This document shows, one piece after another, positions 1-10,027 of a DNA stretch of 64,000 bases. The number at the start of each line of letters is the position of its first letter. Position 1 is the stretch's first letter. The translations under genes were made by a program, and so were the position numbers. The DNA lies in contig CAWIAD010000002.1 of the NCBI GenBank assembly GCA_963833985.1, positions 3,104,001-3,168,000 on the forward strand, written 5' to 3'. This DNA is from an uncultured Planctomycetaceae bacterium. GTDB lineage: Bacteria > Planctomycetota > Planctomycetia > Isosphaerales > Isosphaeraceae. Below the pieces are notes generated by a model. The model did not search any database, was not told where the DNA came from, and saw only the letters and a program-made list of their open reading frames with translations.

Positions 1-482
1 CGGCAGGAGACGTGGCGCCAGCGGCTGCCGTCGCAGACCGCGGTGAGCTCGACCTCCAGGCGCGTGAGAATGCGCTCGGGGTCCCCGGGGCCATAGCCTG
101 TTGCGCTGCGGGTGCCCAGCGTTTCGGCGATGACTCCGCGTGCCCAGACCGCCTGGCTGGCCTCGCCGACACTGCTGCTCACATCGTCATCCGGCAGGTC
201 GTTCCAGCAGTGGTGGTGCCAGCCCGCGGCCAGGGCCAGGATGGCCGCCAGCATGCTCGCCCGCGAGCCCAGCGCGTGACGCAGGGCCAGGCAGGCGACG
301 GTGGAGGCGGCGAGGGCCAGGCCGGCCCAGGTTTCCGTAGCCAGGGAGCCAAGATGGCGATCGATGATGATTCCGCAGGCGAACGCTGCCAGGGCCGGAG
401 CCAGCGGTGCGATCGACACGCAGGGGCGCTGCGAATCCTGGATGGCTGCCAGCGGATCTGGAGCGCTCAGGGAACCGTGCAC
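1..482 (-). CDS. comEC: ComEC/Rec2-family competence membrane protein, N-terminal part (runs off window start)
   Basis: Manual translation of the minus strand gives APLAPALAAFACGIIIDRH...hydrophobic helices...AAGWHHHCWNDLPDDD...VWARGVI, resembling the planctomycete ComEC N-terminus. Start codon uncertain (GTG at 482). Confidence 0.55.
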   Translation of the reverse strand, partial: MHGSLSAPDPLAAIQDSQRPCVSIAPLAPALAAFACGIIIDRHLGSLATETWAGLALAASTVACLALRHALGSRASMLAAILALAAGWHHHCWNDLPDDDVSSSVGEASQAVWARGVIAETLGTRSATGYGPGDPERILTRLEVELTAVCDGSRWRHVSC

Positions 483-794
483 GAGCTGTCCTCACGCGGA
501 CACCGCGATCCACGAAGCGGGGTGTGGACGGAGCCCCGCCGTGGGCCACTCCATCGTACCTCAGGGCCGGCATCGCTCCGATCATCCACCCCGGGAACCG
601 CGCGAAATGCTTCTGTCGAACCCGCGTGCCGCACGAGATTGTTCTGGTCGAGGGGCGAGCCGCTCATTATCCTGGAGCCATCTGATCGTGCCGGCGTCCT
701 CGAGCGCAGCGCGATCCCCGTTTCCCATCCGCTCCGCATCGGCAGTCCATCACCGGGATTGTGGCGTCCAAGATCTCACCTGAGGTGCCGTCTC

Positions 795-2057
795 ATGCAT
801 CGCGTTCATCCCTGCGGCGGAGTGAGCCGCCGCCAGCTCCTCGCCTCCATTCCCGCCTCTGCTTCAGTTCTGGGGGCCATCGCGGGCGCTTGCGCGCTGG
901 CGGAGCAGGCTCAGGAGCAAGGCCCGGCAAGCGTCTCGCATGCGGGATCCGGCAAGGGTCCCAGGAGCAAGTTCGCGGCGCCTGGTGCTTACCCAGGCCG
1001 GGTGATCGAGGTGAAGAACGCCGCGATGATCCACCAGGGGGTCAAGAGCCACGAGGCCATCAAGGCATCGCTCGAGAAGGGGCTCATGGAGCTGACGGGC
1101 GCGCCGCACGCGGTGGACGCCTGGAAGACCTTCTTCGAGCCTGGCGACGTGGTGGGCATCAAGGTCGTGCCCAACGGCCAGCCGTACGCGCATTCCTCCT
1201 TTGAGCTGGTTCTGGAGATCATCGAGGGGCTGAAGGCGGCCGGCGTCAAGACGCAGGACATGTTCGTCTACGATCGTTACCGCGACGAATTCTTGCAAGC
1301 CGGTTATCAGAAGATCCTGCCGGCAGGCATCCGCTGGGGCGGCCTGACGGCGGAAGGAGGCGACCAGTTCCAGCTCGACTATCCCTCGTTCCGCAACGAC
1401 CCGATCGCCGGCTACGACCGCGACACGTTCGTCCGCATGGATCTCATCCCGTACGGCCACGACCCGAAAGACGAGCGGATGTACCGCTCGCACCTGGGCA
1501 AGCTGGTTTCACGAGTGGTGAACAAGATCGTCGCGGTTCCGGTGCTCAAGGACCATCACGCGGCCGGCGTGACGGGCGCGCTCAAGAACATGAGCCACGG
1601 TTCGGTGAACAACGTGGCGCGCTCGCACAGCAACAGCTTCACGGTCGTGTGCAACCAGTTCATTCCCCAGGTGGTGACGCATCCGGTCATCCGGGAGAAG
1701 TTCGTCCTGCACATCATGGACGGGATCCGCGGCGTCTTCCACAACGGTCCGTTCGCCTGGGCGAAGGATGAAGGCAAGTGGTGCTGGGAGCACAATGCGT
1801 TGCTGCTGGCGACAGACCCGGTCGCGCTGGACCACATCGAGTGGGACATCATCGACGCGGAGCGGGCGCGCCGGAAGCTGGCGCCGGTTGGGGGATCGGG
1901 CAAGCTGGCGGCCAACCCTCTCGGCGACGAGGGCTTCGACGTCCGCCAGCCGCAGTACATCGCGCTGGCCGGGGCCCTGGGCATGGGGAGCTTTGAGAAG
2001 GTCTCGTCGCCGCGCGGCCGGAGATACCTCATCCAGCACAAGGTCGTGACCGTGTGA
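795..2057 (+). CDS. DUF362 domain protein with Tat-like signal
   Basis: SRRQLL twin-arginine-like leader; PGDVVGIKV, VPVLKDH..GVTGALKN and DPVALD motifs typical of DUF362. ATG at 795 lies inside the longer ORF 12..2057. Confidence 0.8.
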   Translation: MHRVHPCGGVSRRQLLASIPASASVLGAIAGACALAEQAQEQGPASVSHAGSGKGPRSKFAAPGAYPGRVIEVKNAAMIHQGVKSHEAIKASLEKGLMELTGAPHAVDAWKTFFEPGDVVGIKVVPNGQPYAHSSFELVLEIIEGLKAAGVKTQDMFVYDRYRDEFLQAGYQKILPAGIRWGGLTAEGGDQFQLDYPSFRNDPIAGYDRDTFVRMDLIPYGHDPKDERMYRSHLGKLVSRVVNKIVAVPVLKDHHAAGVTGALKNMSHGSVNNVARSHSNSFTVVCNQFIPQVVTHPVIREKFVLHIMDGIRGVFHNGPFAWAKDEGKWCWEHNALLLATDPVALDHIEWDIIDAERARRKLAPVGGSGKLAANPLGDEGFDVRQPQYIALAGALGMGSFEKVSSPRGRRYLIQHKVVTV

Positions 2058-2082
2058 GTGACAGGTCCGGTTCTTGCCGTCG

Positions 2083-2583
2083 TCACTGCTTGGGGACGAA
2101 GAAGATCCGCACGCTCGACATCAGCCATTTGTCCCCTTGCTTCACACGCACCTGGTAGAAGGGGATCTTGGGTGAATCGAGCTTGAGCGTGTTGGTGTCG
2201 AACGTGCCGGCGATCACCAGGATGTCGGGGGCGAGGAACTTCGCATACTCGACGGTGTTCCTGGACTTGATGGTCTCCGGCTTCTTGAACAGGTCGGCGT
2301 AGAACCGCTCGATCTCGGCGCGGCCGTCGTAGGTCTTGGTCTTCAGGCCCGAGTCGTCGCGGGTGGTCATGGAGACCTGTGCGTCTTCGAGGTAATAGTC
2401 CGCCATCTCCCTGGCATTGCAGGTATCGAAGGTCGCGGCACCCTGCTCGGTGAGCTTGAGCGCCAGGGTCATGGCCTCGTCGGCCGGAGCGTCGCTGTTG
2501 GAGCCCGCCAGACAGGCGGTGCCAGCCGCAGCCAGAACGATGGCGGCGGCCAGGAAGAGCGGAAACGCGGCTTCACGCATCAT
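2083..2583 (-). CDS. Exported NTF2-like/SnoaL-like (DUF4440-type) protein
   Basis: Signal peptide, then FDTCNAREMADYYLEDA..YDGRAEIERFY..KWLM pattern of the NTF2 fold. Confidence 0.6.
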   Translation of the reverse strand: MMREAAFPLFLAAAIVLAAAGTACLAGSNSDAPADEAMTLALKLTEQGAATFDTCNAREMADYYLEDAQVSMTTRDDSGLKTKTYDGRAEIERFYADLFKKPETIKSRNTVEYAKFLAPDILVIAGTFDTNTLKLDSPKIPFYQVRVKQGDKWLMSSVRIFFVPKQ

Positions 2584-2696
2584 GGCAACTCTCCTTGCAG
2601 TGGGGTGTGAAAGTCCTCTGTCTCCTATTGCAACGGCTCGGAGGGCAGATCGCAATGCGTGAGCGGCATCGGGCCGGTGATGTTCGGGCCTGTCGA

Positions 2697-3881
2697 TCAC
2701 GGACCCGGCTGGCGAGAAGCGGCCGCAGTGGAGGGTGGCTGAGCCGGCTGCGACGCGGGCGCACCCGCCACGGGGTCGGGGTTTGTGTCGGGCTTGCGCG
2801 GTTCCAGCGTCTTGATCATGCGCAGCAGTGCGCTATCGGTCGTCAGGATGAGCCGGGTCTCTCCCTTGAACGCCTCCTTGTAGACTTCCAGCGTGCGGAC
2901 GAAGTTATAGAACTCTCCCGATTCCCGGATGGCCTTGGCGTACGCGTCGATGATGTCGGCGTCGGCCTTTCCCTTGAGCGAGTTCGCCTCCTGCTTGCCC
3001 TCGCCCTCGATCTTCTGGACCTCCGCCTGCGTCTTGTTGATGATTTCCTTCTTGCGCTGTTCTCCCTCGCTGGTGGTCTTGGTGGCGATCGCCTCCATGA
3101 GCGACACGGTGCGCTCGAAGGCGGCTTCGCGCACCTGGGGCACGAACTCGATCCGCGAGAGGCCCACATCCACCAGCTCGATGCCGCGGCCCTTGCCCGA
3201 GCCGGTCTTGTTTCCGTCCTGGGCCAGCGCGTGCTGGGCTTCTTCCTTGATCTGATCCATGAGGTGCAGCCTGCCGAGGGTCACGGACTCCCTGGCCTCG
3301 GGCGGGACGACAAAGTCGGGGACGGACTGCTGGAGGGCGCCGCGCGCCTGGTACCGGCGGCGGGGTCTCCGGTCGCGGAGACCGCGGCCCCGGCGAGAGC
3401 CTCGGGAGGCAGCCCCAGGGTGTAGGTCATTCCTCGGTTGGTGCTGCGAACGATCTCGGAGAGGTTGTGCGTGGTGATGGTGTCTTCGAGCCGTGCTGCG
3501 CACGAACTCCTTGACGCGCGACTCGGCGTTGGCCACCGTGCGCAAGGTTTGCACGAACTGGGCGGGGTCGGTGATCCGCCAGACGGCCCAGACGGTCACT
3601 TCCACCTTCTTGCCGTCGGCTGTGGGTACGTCGACCAGCTTTTCGGTCTGTCTGGTGCCGTGCCAGACCTGGAGCGTCTTGGGGAGGCGCAGGACCTCCT
3701 GGAAGAGCGGCAGCTTCATGTACAGCCCGGGCCTGGTCCGGCTGGCGACCGGCTGGCCGAACTGCAAGAGCACGGCCAGCTCACGCTCGCTCACCGTGTA
3801 GAAGAGCATCTGGCTGAGCGGTGCGGAAAGGACCAGGAGCACGCCGGCCGCCAGCGCGATCCATTGACGGCGCGTCATCAT
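2697..3881 (-). CDS. hflC: HflC SPFH protease modulator (internal compensating frameshift pair at about 3490 and 3345)
   Basis: TM anchor, QFGQPV..PGLYMKLP, VPTADGK, WRITDP, FYNFVRTLEVY. The expected RDTITTHNLSEIVRSTNR segment is present but in another frame. Overlaps hflK by 4 nt. Confidence 0.85.
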   Translation of the reverse strand: MMTRRQWIALAAGVLLVLSAPLSQMLFYTVSERELAVLLQFGQPVASRTRPGLYMKLPLFQEVLRLPKTLQVWHGTRQTEKLVDVPTADGKKVEVTVWAVWRITDPAQFVQTLRTVANAESRVKEFVRSTARRHHHHAQPLRDRSQHQPRNDLHPGAASRGSRRGRGLRDRRPRRRYQARGALQQSVPDFVVPPEARESVTLGRLHLMDQIKEEAQHALAQDGNKTGSGKGRGIELVDVGLSRIEFVPQVREAAFERTVSLMEAIATKTTSEGEQRKKEIINKTQAEVQKIEGEGKQEANSLKGKADADIIDAYAKAIRESGEFYNFVRTLEVYKEAFKGETRLILTTDSALLRMIKTLEPRKPDTNPDPVAGAPASQPAQPPSTAAASRQPGP

Positions 3882-4885
3882 CTCCGGTCTCCTTTCGAGT
3901 CGATGTTCAGGAGCGGCAAGAGCTGTTTCAGATCCGCGTCGATGATGGTCTTGTCCTTGACGCTGACGAGCAGGTCCTGCATGGCTTCAAGGTAGAGCCG
4001 CTGGCGTGTCACGTCGGGTGCCCGCTGGTAGGCGTGGTACTTGGCCAGCAGCGCCTCGATTTCACCCTGGGCCTCGGCCCGGCGCCGGGCCGCATATCCT
4101 TCGGCCTCGCGGATCAGCTTGTCGCGTGCGGCCCTCGCTTCCGGCAGCAGCTTGTTGCGCTCGGATTCGGCCTCGTTTTCCAGCTTCTGCTTCTGCTGGA
4201 TTGCCGCGTTGACCTTGTCGAACGCGGGCCGGACGCGGTCGGGCGGGATGACGCGCTGCATTTGCAGGGCGGTGATGGTGATGCCGCATTCGTAAGTATC
4301 AAGGATGCGCTGGGTGTCGGCGCGCGCCTCGTAGGCGATGTGGCTGCGCTCGGGGCCGATGACCTCGTCGAAGGAGTGATCGCCCACCAGCCGGTTCATG
4401 ACGGTGCGGGAGACGAAGGTGATCAGGTCCGAGGCGAAGTCGTCCTTCGCCTCACGAGGAAAGCGGAAGAGGTATTGCTCCGGCTCGGTGACCCGCCACT
4501 GCACGGTCCATTCCACCGAAGCGGCGTTGAGATCCCCGGTGAGCATGAGCGTCTCGTCCTCGTGTCCGGGCTCAGCGACGTTCTGGCCGCTTGACTCGGA
4601 GCCCAGGGGCAGGCGCATGCCGTGCTCCTCGACGCTGACCTTGAAGACCTGGTCAAACAGCGGGAGCTTGAAATGCAGGCCAGGCATCGTCGTCGCCTGG
4701 TACTTGCCGAACCGCAGGACGACGGCCTGCTCGTGCGGGGCCACGGTGTACGAGGAGTCAACCAGGATCATCAGCAGGAGCAGGAGACCGATGGCCCAGG
4801 GGATGAACGGGAGATAACGCTGCCAGTGCTCGCCGCGTGAACCGCGGCGCCGGACCCGGCGGGCGTATTCTTCGTAAGATTCCAT
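3878..4885 (-). CDS. hflK: HflK SPFH protease modulator
   Basis: TM anchor, EQAVVLRFGK, PGLHFKLP, MLTGDLN, AEGY, APDVTRQRLYLEAM. Confidence 0.9.
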   Translation of the reverse strand: MESYEEYARRVRRRGSRGEHWQRYLPFIPWAIGLLLLLMILVDSSYTVAPHEQAVVLRFGKYQATTMPGLHFKLPLFDQVFKVSVEEHGMRLPLGSESSGQNVAEPGHEDETLMLTGDLNAASVEWTVQWRVTEPEQYLFRFPREAKDDFASDLITFVSRTVMNRLVGDHSFDEVIGPERSHIAYEARADTQRILDTYECGITITALQMQRVIPPDRVRPAFDKVNAAIQQKQKLENEAESERNKLLPEARAARDKLIREAEGYAARRRAEAQGEIEALLAKYHAYQRAPDVTRQRLYLEAMQDLLVSVKDKTIIDADLKQLLPLLNIDSKGDRR

Positions 4886-5066
4886 GCGCGAATGCCTTGG
4901 GATTGAGAACGTAGGGCAGAGCCATGTGGGTCTGCCGGAAACACGGGCCGTCCAGGTGTACCCGGTCCGGCCCGAGTGCGGGAATCTGCCAGGCTGCGTC
5001 GTACGGGTGTCTTCGTCGCACTGGCGAAAAACTTGGATGGCTGCCCGCCGCCGGGCGAGCCGGAAC

Positions 5067-6635
5067 TCACGCCAGACTGAGCCGATCACGGGCCTCGGCG
5101 ATACCCGGAGCGGGGCGGCCGAACTCGCTGGCGGTGACCCGGGCCAGTGCCACGAGCTGTCGCCACCGGAACGCCGGCCGGGTCGCGGCAAACTCCTCGC
5201 TGACAGTACGATAATACTTCTCGGCGTGCAGCGCGCCATCCTCGGTCACCGCGAACCGCAGCAGCAGATCGAACACTGGCCGGGCCGGCAGATCGAGCGA
5301 TCCGATCTTCTGAGTCACGGCGCAGGCGCGGGCCTGGTCCTGGCCGCGGACCGCGGTCTCGAGCTCGGCCAGCAATGCGCCGGGGTGCGTCTCCTTGATG
5401 GCGTCCAGGTCGGCGCCAATCGGCCGCGGGGACCAGTGCAGGAAGTCTCCCCCACGGTTGACCCGGTCGTCGGCCACCTGGTAAGCGCCCAGGATCAGGC
5501 AGGCGATCGTGTTGCGGCGGTTGCCAAGGTGCGCGATGTTGCGCCAGGCGTTCGCGGAATCACACGCGTGAACGCCGATCGAGTCGCCGTGGACGCTGCC
5601 GGGGGGCTTGCCGGGCTGGGCCTCGCGCGCGGTCCGGCCGGCATCGCGGAGGATGAGCTGGTTGGCGGCCAGTGCGATCGCCTCACCGATGCCGTCCGCC
5701 GCGATCCCCTCACCGAGCGCGGCCGCGACGGCCTCCGCGGCCTGTTCCGGCGTCCCCTCGAAGATGGTGCGGCTTATGCGGTTGACCCAGTCGTCGTCCG
5801 GACGACGCGAGCCCGGCGCCTGACCCAGAAGGTGATACTCGTCCAGCAGCCTGGGCAGAACGGTGCGCGGCCGATCGATCTTCGCCGTATGCTCCCATTG
5901 CCGTTCGCTCTTGACGCAGTAACGGACCGACTGGCGCAGCAGCGTGAGAGCCCGCTCCGTCCCGATCAGCGAGAGCAGATCCCAGGCGCGGTAGGGCAGG
6001 ACTGTGCGATGCACTTCCGCGTTGTCCTGGACGGCGTAAAGCAGATCGTTGAACGCCTCGTCGGCACCTCGGCCGGCCAGCGCCGCGAAGGTGCGCTCGG
6101 CGGCCTCAAGGTCCCTGGAGCGCACGGCGTCGCGGAGTAGCTCGCCTCCGGGGTGACCGGCCGGGAGGGCAGCCGGGACAACCGGATGCAGGACCTCGTG
6201 CCCGGGACCGCCGCTCTCGTGGATCCGGTTGCTATTGCGGTACAGCACCTTGATCACGGGGAGCGGCTGCTGCTCCACGGAGAGTTCACGCGCCATGTGA
6301 AACGCCGGCGCGAAGGCCATCATGGTGTGGAAGCCCACGTAATCCTCGCCGCCGAACGTCCGTGCGTTCGCCAGCGCGGCTGCCGCGACGATCTGCTTCA
6401 GCGCGGTGCCCTGCCGGAGCTGATCGACGATTACCCCGACGATCCGGGCGGGCGGCGTTTCCTCCATGAGAGTGACCAGCGGCTCGATCGGCCCGAACGT
6501 CAGTCGCTCCGGCGGATTCCCTGCTTCCACGGTTCCCAGGCCAAGGTCGGCCACGGTCGTGGAGCCAACCGTGGCGATCAGCATCCCCTTGCCCACGTCC
6601 GCAAGGAATTCCCGACGCTTGTTCCGCGTGCGCAT
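5067..6635 (-). CDS. Conserved hypothetical protein with Tat-like leader, all-helical, repeated His motifs
   Basis: KRREFLAD leader; long ORF with coding-like composition; motifs GFHTMMA, VHRTV, GVHACD, ALHAEKYY. Confidence 0.65.
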   Translation of the reverse strand: MRTRNKRREFLADVGKGMLIATVGSTTVADLGLGTVEAGNPPERLTFGPIEPLVTLMEETPPARIVGVIVDQLRQGTALKQIVAAAALANARTFGGEDYVGFHTMMAFAPAFHMARELSVEQQPLPVIKVLYRNSNRIHESGGPGHEVLHPVVPAALPAGHPGGELLRDAVRSRDLEAAERTFAALAGRGADEAFNDLLYAVQDNAEVHRTVLPYRAWDLLSLIGTERALTLLRQSVRYCVKSERQWEHTAKIDRPRTVLPRLLDEYHLLGQAPGSRRPDDDWVNRISRTIFEGTPEQAAEAVAAALGEGIAADGIGEAIALAANQLILRDAGRTAREAQPGKPPGSVHGDSIGVHACDSANAWRNIAHLGNRRNTIACLILGAYQVADDRVNRGGDFLHWSPRPIGADLDAIKETHPGALLAELETAVRGQDQARACAVTQKIGSLDLPARPVFDLLLRFAVTEDGALHAEKYYRTVSEEFAATRPAFRWRQLVALARVTASEFGRPAPGIAEARDRLSLA

Positions 6636-6921
6636 CGAAGTCTCCTTTCTCGAGGCAGAACGCCTCTCGACTTGATTGCCAGCCCGCGCTGGAAAGGAAA
6701 TCGAGGCAGCCGTCATTGTTGATGCGGGAGCGCCGCGGCGACAAGCGGCCTCCCGGGAACGGCGCCCCTGGCGGCCATGGGCCACGCACGCGATGGCACG
6801 GCTTGCACCGGCAAGGAACAATGGCTAGGCTACCGGTCGCATCCGTTGCATGTCCCGGATTGGTCTGTCGGATTGGTCCCGGACGGGTCGAGGTCCGTGT
6901 CACGATCGAGAGTCACACGCC

Positions 6922-8442
6922 ATGAGCCGACAACGCGTCTTCGCTTGCCTCGCGACCGCCCTCTTGGTTCTTCTGCTCGCGGTGAAGGGATCGATCCTGT
7001 CGGCCCGGCAGGACGCACCCAAATCTCTCGTGCAGCCGCCGGCCAGGGCGGAGCAGCCCAAGGCAAAGGTCACGCCTCCGCCAGTGGGCGGAGTGAACCA
7101 CGAGCGTGCCGACATGGAAGCCGCGTTCCGCAAGACGGAAGCGGCCATCGAGAAGATGTTTGCCGCGCACGATCTGCGGCCCCACGGCCTGCCTGCCATT
7201 CCCGATGACCCGCCACCGCACGAGGGGGCCATGATCGCGTATCCGGAAGTCATTGAACCACCCGACCTGCTTCTGGTGGAAGTCCTGGAGTCGCTTCCCG
7301 GCCGGCCGATCTCGGGCGAGCGGCTGGTCCGCTCCGACGGCACGATCAGCCTGGGCTTCTATGGCGAGGTCCACGTGGCCGGCCTCACTCCTTCGCAGGC
7401 GAAGGTGAGGATCATCCAGCACCTGAGACGATATCTGAACGACGAGCTGCTGGGCTTGTATCAGGTGAATTACGAGGAAGAAGAGATGGTACCTCAGGCG
7501 CCTGCCGATCCGGCCGGAGACCCGTTCCAGGCACCGAAGAAGGAAGAGCGCAGGCAAGAAGCCACCAAGGCGCGTACCGTCCCATCTGCGTCCAGGGTCG
7601 CGCCGGTCAGGCCGCGGCTGGTGCCCGGGCGCAGTGCCCGGAGCACTCCGCATCATGGAAGGGTGCGGCCGGTGGCGCGCCGCCAGGAGGTGGAGAAGAA
7701 GCCCGAGGAAGCGAGGAAGACCGTCCGGATCCCCCTTGAAGCTGGCGGGCAGGCCACCATCACCGTCGAGGTTCACCCAGGCGGCCAGGCCGCCGAGCCG
7801 GCCATGCAGCCCGAGGAGATCGCGGGGTTGTTCTGGGAAGGCCTGCCCCTGCCGCCCGGCCCTGTGATCCCTCCGGAAGACTCCGACCGGGTCTTCGTCG
7901 ACATCACTGCGTATAACTCGAAGACCTATTATCTTGAAGGAGATTTCACATCGCCCGGCCGCCTGCCGTTCACCGGACACGAGACCGTGATGGACGCCAT
8001 CGCCTTTGGGGGCGGCCTGCTGCCCACGGCGGACCCGAAAGACATCCGCCTGGTGCGCCCGGCGCGCGGAGGCAAGCTGGCGAAGGTCTACAAGGTGGAC
8101 CTGGAAGCGATCCGCGACAAGGGAGAGCAGAACTTGAACTACCAGGTGTTTCCCGGCGACCGGCTCATCGCGGGCCGCAACGACGTGGTGAAGAAGACCG
8201 TGCAGATCGATCGCCTTGCGGCCGCTATCCAGGCGGTCACCAGCTCCATCTCGCAGGAGTCGTCGCTCTTGCGCTCGCTCCAGACCGCCAGTCCTGCGCA
8301 CCACGACGCAATCCTCGAGGACCTGGTCGAGTTCTGGATCCAGCAGATGAAGCGGACCGATGACATGACGCTCGACGACCAGACATTGCGTGACGCACTC
8401 ATCCGGCGACTGAGACCAAGGCCAATGGAGAAGCGGAAGTAA
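6922..8442 (+). CDS. Polysaccharide biosynthesis/export (Wza-like, Poly_export + SLBB) protein
   Basis: IEPPDLLLVEVLE..PGRPISGERLVRSDGTISLGFYGEVHVAGLT; YNSKTYY..PGRLPFTGHETVMDAI; NYQVFPGDRL. Confidence 0.85.
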   Translation: MSRQRVFACLATALLVLLLAVKGSILSARQDAPKSLVQPPARAEQPKAKVTPPPVGGVNHERADMEAAFRKTEAAIEKMFAAHDLRPHGLPAIPDDPPPHEGAMIAYPEVIEPPDLLLVEVLESLPGRPISGERLVRSDGTISLGFYGEVHVAGLTPSQAKVRIIQHLRRYLNDELLGLYQVNYEEEEMVPQAPADPAGDPFQAPKKEERRQEATKARTVPSASRVAPVRPRLVPGRSARSTPHHGRVRPVARRQEVEKKPEEARKTVRIPLEAGGQATITVEVHPGGQAAEPAMQPEEIAGLFWEGLPLPPGPVIPPEDSDRVFVDITAYNSKTYYLEGDFTSPGRLPFTGHETVMDAIAFGGGLLPTADPKDIRLVRPARGGKLAKVYKVDLEAIRDKGEQNLNYQVFPGDRLIAGRNDVVKKTVQIDRLAAAIQAVTSSISQESSLLRSLQTASPAHHDAILEDLVEFWIQQMKRTDDMTLDDQTLRDALIRRLRPRPMEKRK

Positions 8443-8475
8443 AGATCCGGCCGGGGTGAACCTTGCGGGGTATTA

Positions 8476-9888
8476 TCACTCCGGCAGCGGCTGCCCGCGC
8501 GTCTCCACTGCGAAGGGGAGGGCCAGCAGGCCGAGGAAGAAGACCGAGCACATGGCCACACCGGCGTAACGCATCGGCTCGTCGTAGCCATGAAAGACCT
8601 GGCTGGTCAGGAGGCCCAGGACTGACGGGCCCGCAGCGGCGACCAGCCGGCCCACGTTGTAGCAGAACGAGGTTCCCGTGCTCCGCAGCCGGGTGGGAAA
8701 GAGCTCCGGGAAGTAAATCGCGTAACCGCCGAAGAGCGAGAGCTGGCAAAACCCCATGATGGGTATGAACACAAAAATCTGCCAGAACGCGTCGAGAAAC
8801 CAGAACGTGAAGGCCGTGGAGACCGCGGCCAGCACGAACGCGATGGCGAATGCCGGCCTGCGGCCGAGCCGGTGCGTCACCTGGGCGAACGCCTGGATGC
8901 CGAAGAACGAGCCGGCGTTCTGGACCAGAGAGGTGATCCCCGCCCACAACGTCAGCTTGCCGGCAATGGTCTGAGGGTCGAGCCCCTGCGCCTCGAAGTG
9001 CTTGCGAAAGACGGCACGCATGAGGTCGAAGCTGAAGAAGCCGATCCCCCACAGGCCGACCACGCCGGCGAAGGCCAGCACCATGCCGACGATCGTGTTG
9101 CGCCGCCACCGCGGGTCGCCGAACAGCTCGGCGATCGAGCCCAGCTTGTGGGCATGTTTCGGATCGCCGGCCAGCTCCGCCTCTTCCTCCTGTACCGCGG
9201 CCTTCCAGCGCTCCGGTTCCTTGAGGCGGGCAAAGATAGGGATGGCCAGCAGGGCAGGGGCCAGGCCAACCAGGAACATCACGCGCCAGGCGCTGGCGAT
9301 TGCTCCCGATTGCTCCAGAGTCCCCAGACCGATGCCCACGCAAGCCGCCAGCATGTTGCCCACCGCAGACAATGCCTGGAGCCACCCCAGCGCGAAGGGC
9401 CGGGCGCGGTCGGACATCACCTCGGCCACCAGGGCCACGCCCACGGCGAACTGACCGCCGACGCCCAGGCCGGTGAGCAACCGGTACAGGGCGAAGTCCC
9501 AGACGCCGGTCGAGATCGCACTCAGTCCGGTGAACGCCGAGTAGCAGAGCACGGTCAGGAGCATGGTCCTCGCCCGGCCGATCTTGTCGCCAAGGACGCC
9601 GAAAAGGATACCCCCGAGTGCCCAGCCGATCATGAAGATGCTCGTGGCGTAGCCGCCGTACTCGTCGACAAGCCCAGCAGATTTCGGGTCACCCGGAACG
9701 ACGTGCAGGAGGCTGGTCACCGCCGGTTTTCGCGCCATGGCGAAGAGCTGCTGGTCCATGGTGTCGAACAGCCAGCCCAGCGATGCGACGGCGAAGACGA
9801 ACCACTGGTAGCGCGTGACATCGCGCCACCACGAAGCGCCGGACTGGCCGGAGGGCGGCTTGCCCGAGTGGTTGCCGTTGCTCAGCAT
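8476..9888 (-). CDS. MFS transporter
   Basis: About 12 hydrophobic segments; GVLGDKIGRAR motif A; PELFPTRLRSTG. Confidence 0.9.
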   Translation of the reverse strand: MLSNGNHSGKPPSGQSGASWWRDVTRYQWFVFAVASLGWLFDTMDQQLFAMARKPAVTSLLHVVPGDPKSAGLVDEYGGYATSIFMIGWALGGILFGVLGDKIGRARTMLLTVLCYSAFTGLSAISTGVWDFALYRLLTGLGVGGQFAVGVALVAEVMSDRARPFALGWLQALSAVGNMLAACVGIGLGTLEQSGAIASAWRVMFLVGLAPALLAIPIFARLKEPERWKAAVQEEEAELAGDPKHAHKLGSIAELFGDPRWRRNTIVGMVLAFAGVVGLWGIGFFSFDLMRAVFRKHFEAQGLDPQTIAGKLTLWAGITSLVQNAGSFFGIQAFAQVTHRLGRRPAFAIAFVLAAVSTAFTFWFLDAFWQIFVFIPIMGFCQLSLFGGYAIYFPELFPTRLRSTGTSFCYNVGRLVAAAGPSVLGLLTSQVFHGYDEPMRYAGVAMCSVFFLGLLALPFAVETRGQPLPE

Positions 9889-10027
9889 CGCGAGAATCCT
9901 CCAGGAGGTGGCCTTTCGATCCGAATCACGATCAGACCATGCAGACGGGGCGTTCGCAACCGCCCTGGACGTTGAGTCGCCCGAAACTCCCTCGCGGCCG
10001 CGCGGGCGAGCCGATAAGATCGGCGGC

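Noticed and set aside
12..794. N-terminal 261 aa of ORF 12..2057
   Set aside because: Shadow of the minus-strand comEC-like gene and intergenic DNA; the real protein starts near ATG 795 with a Tat leader.
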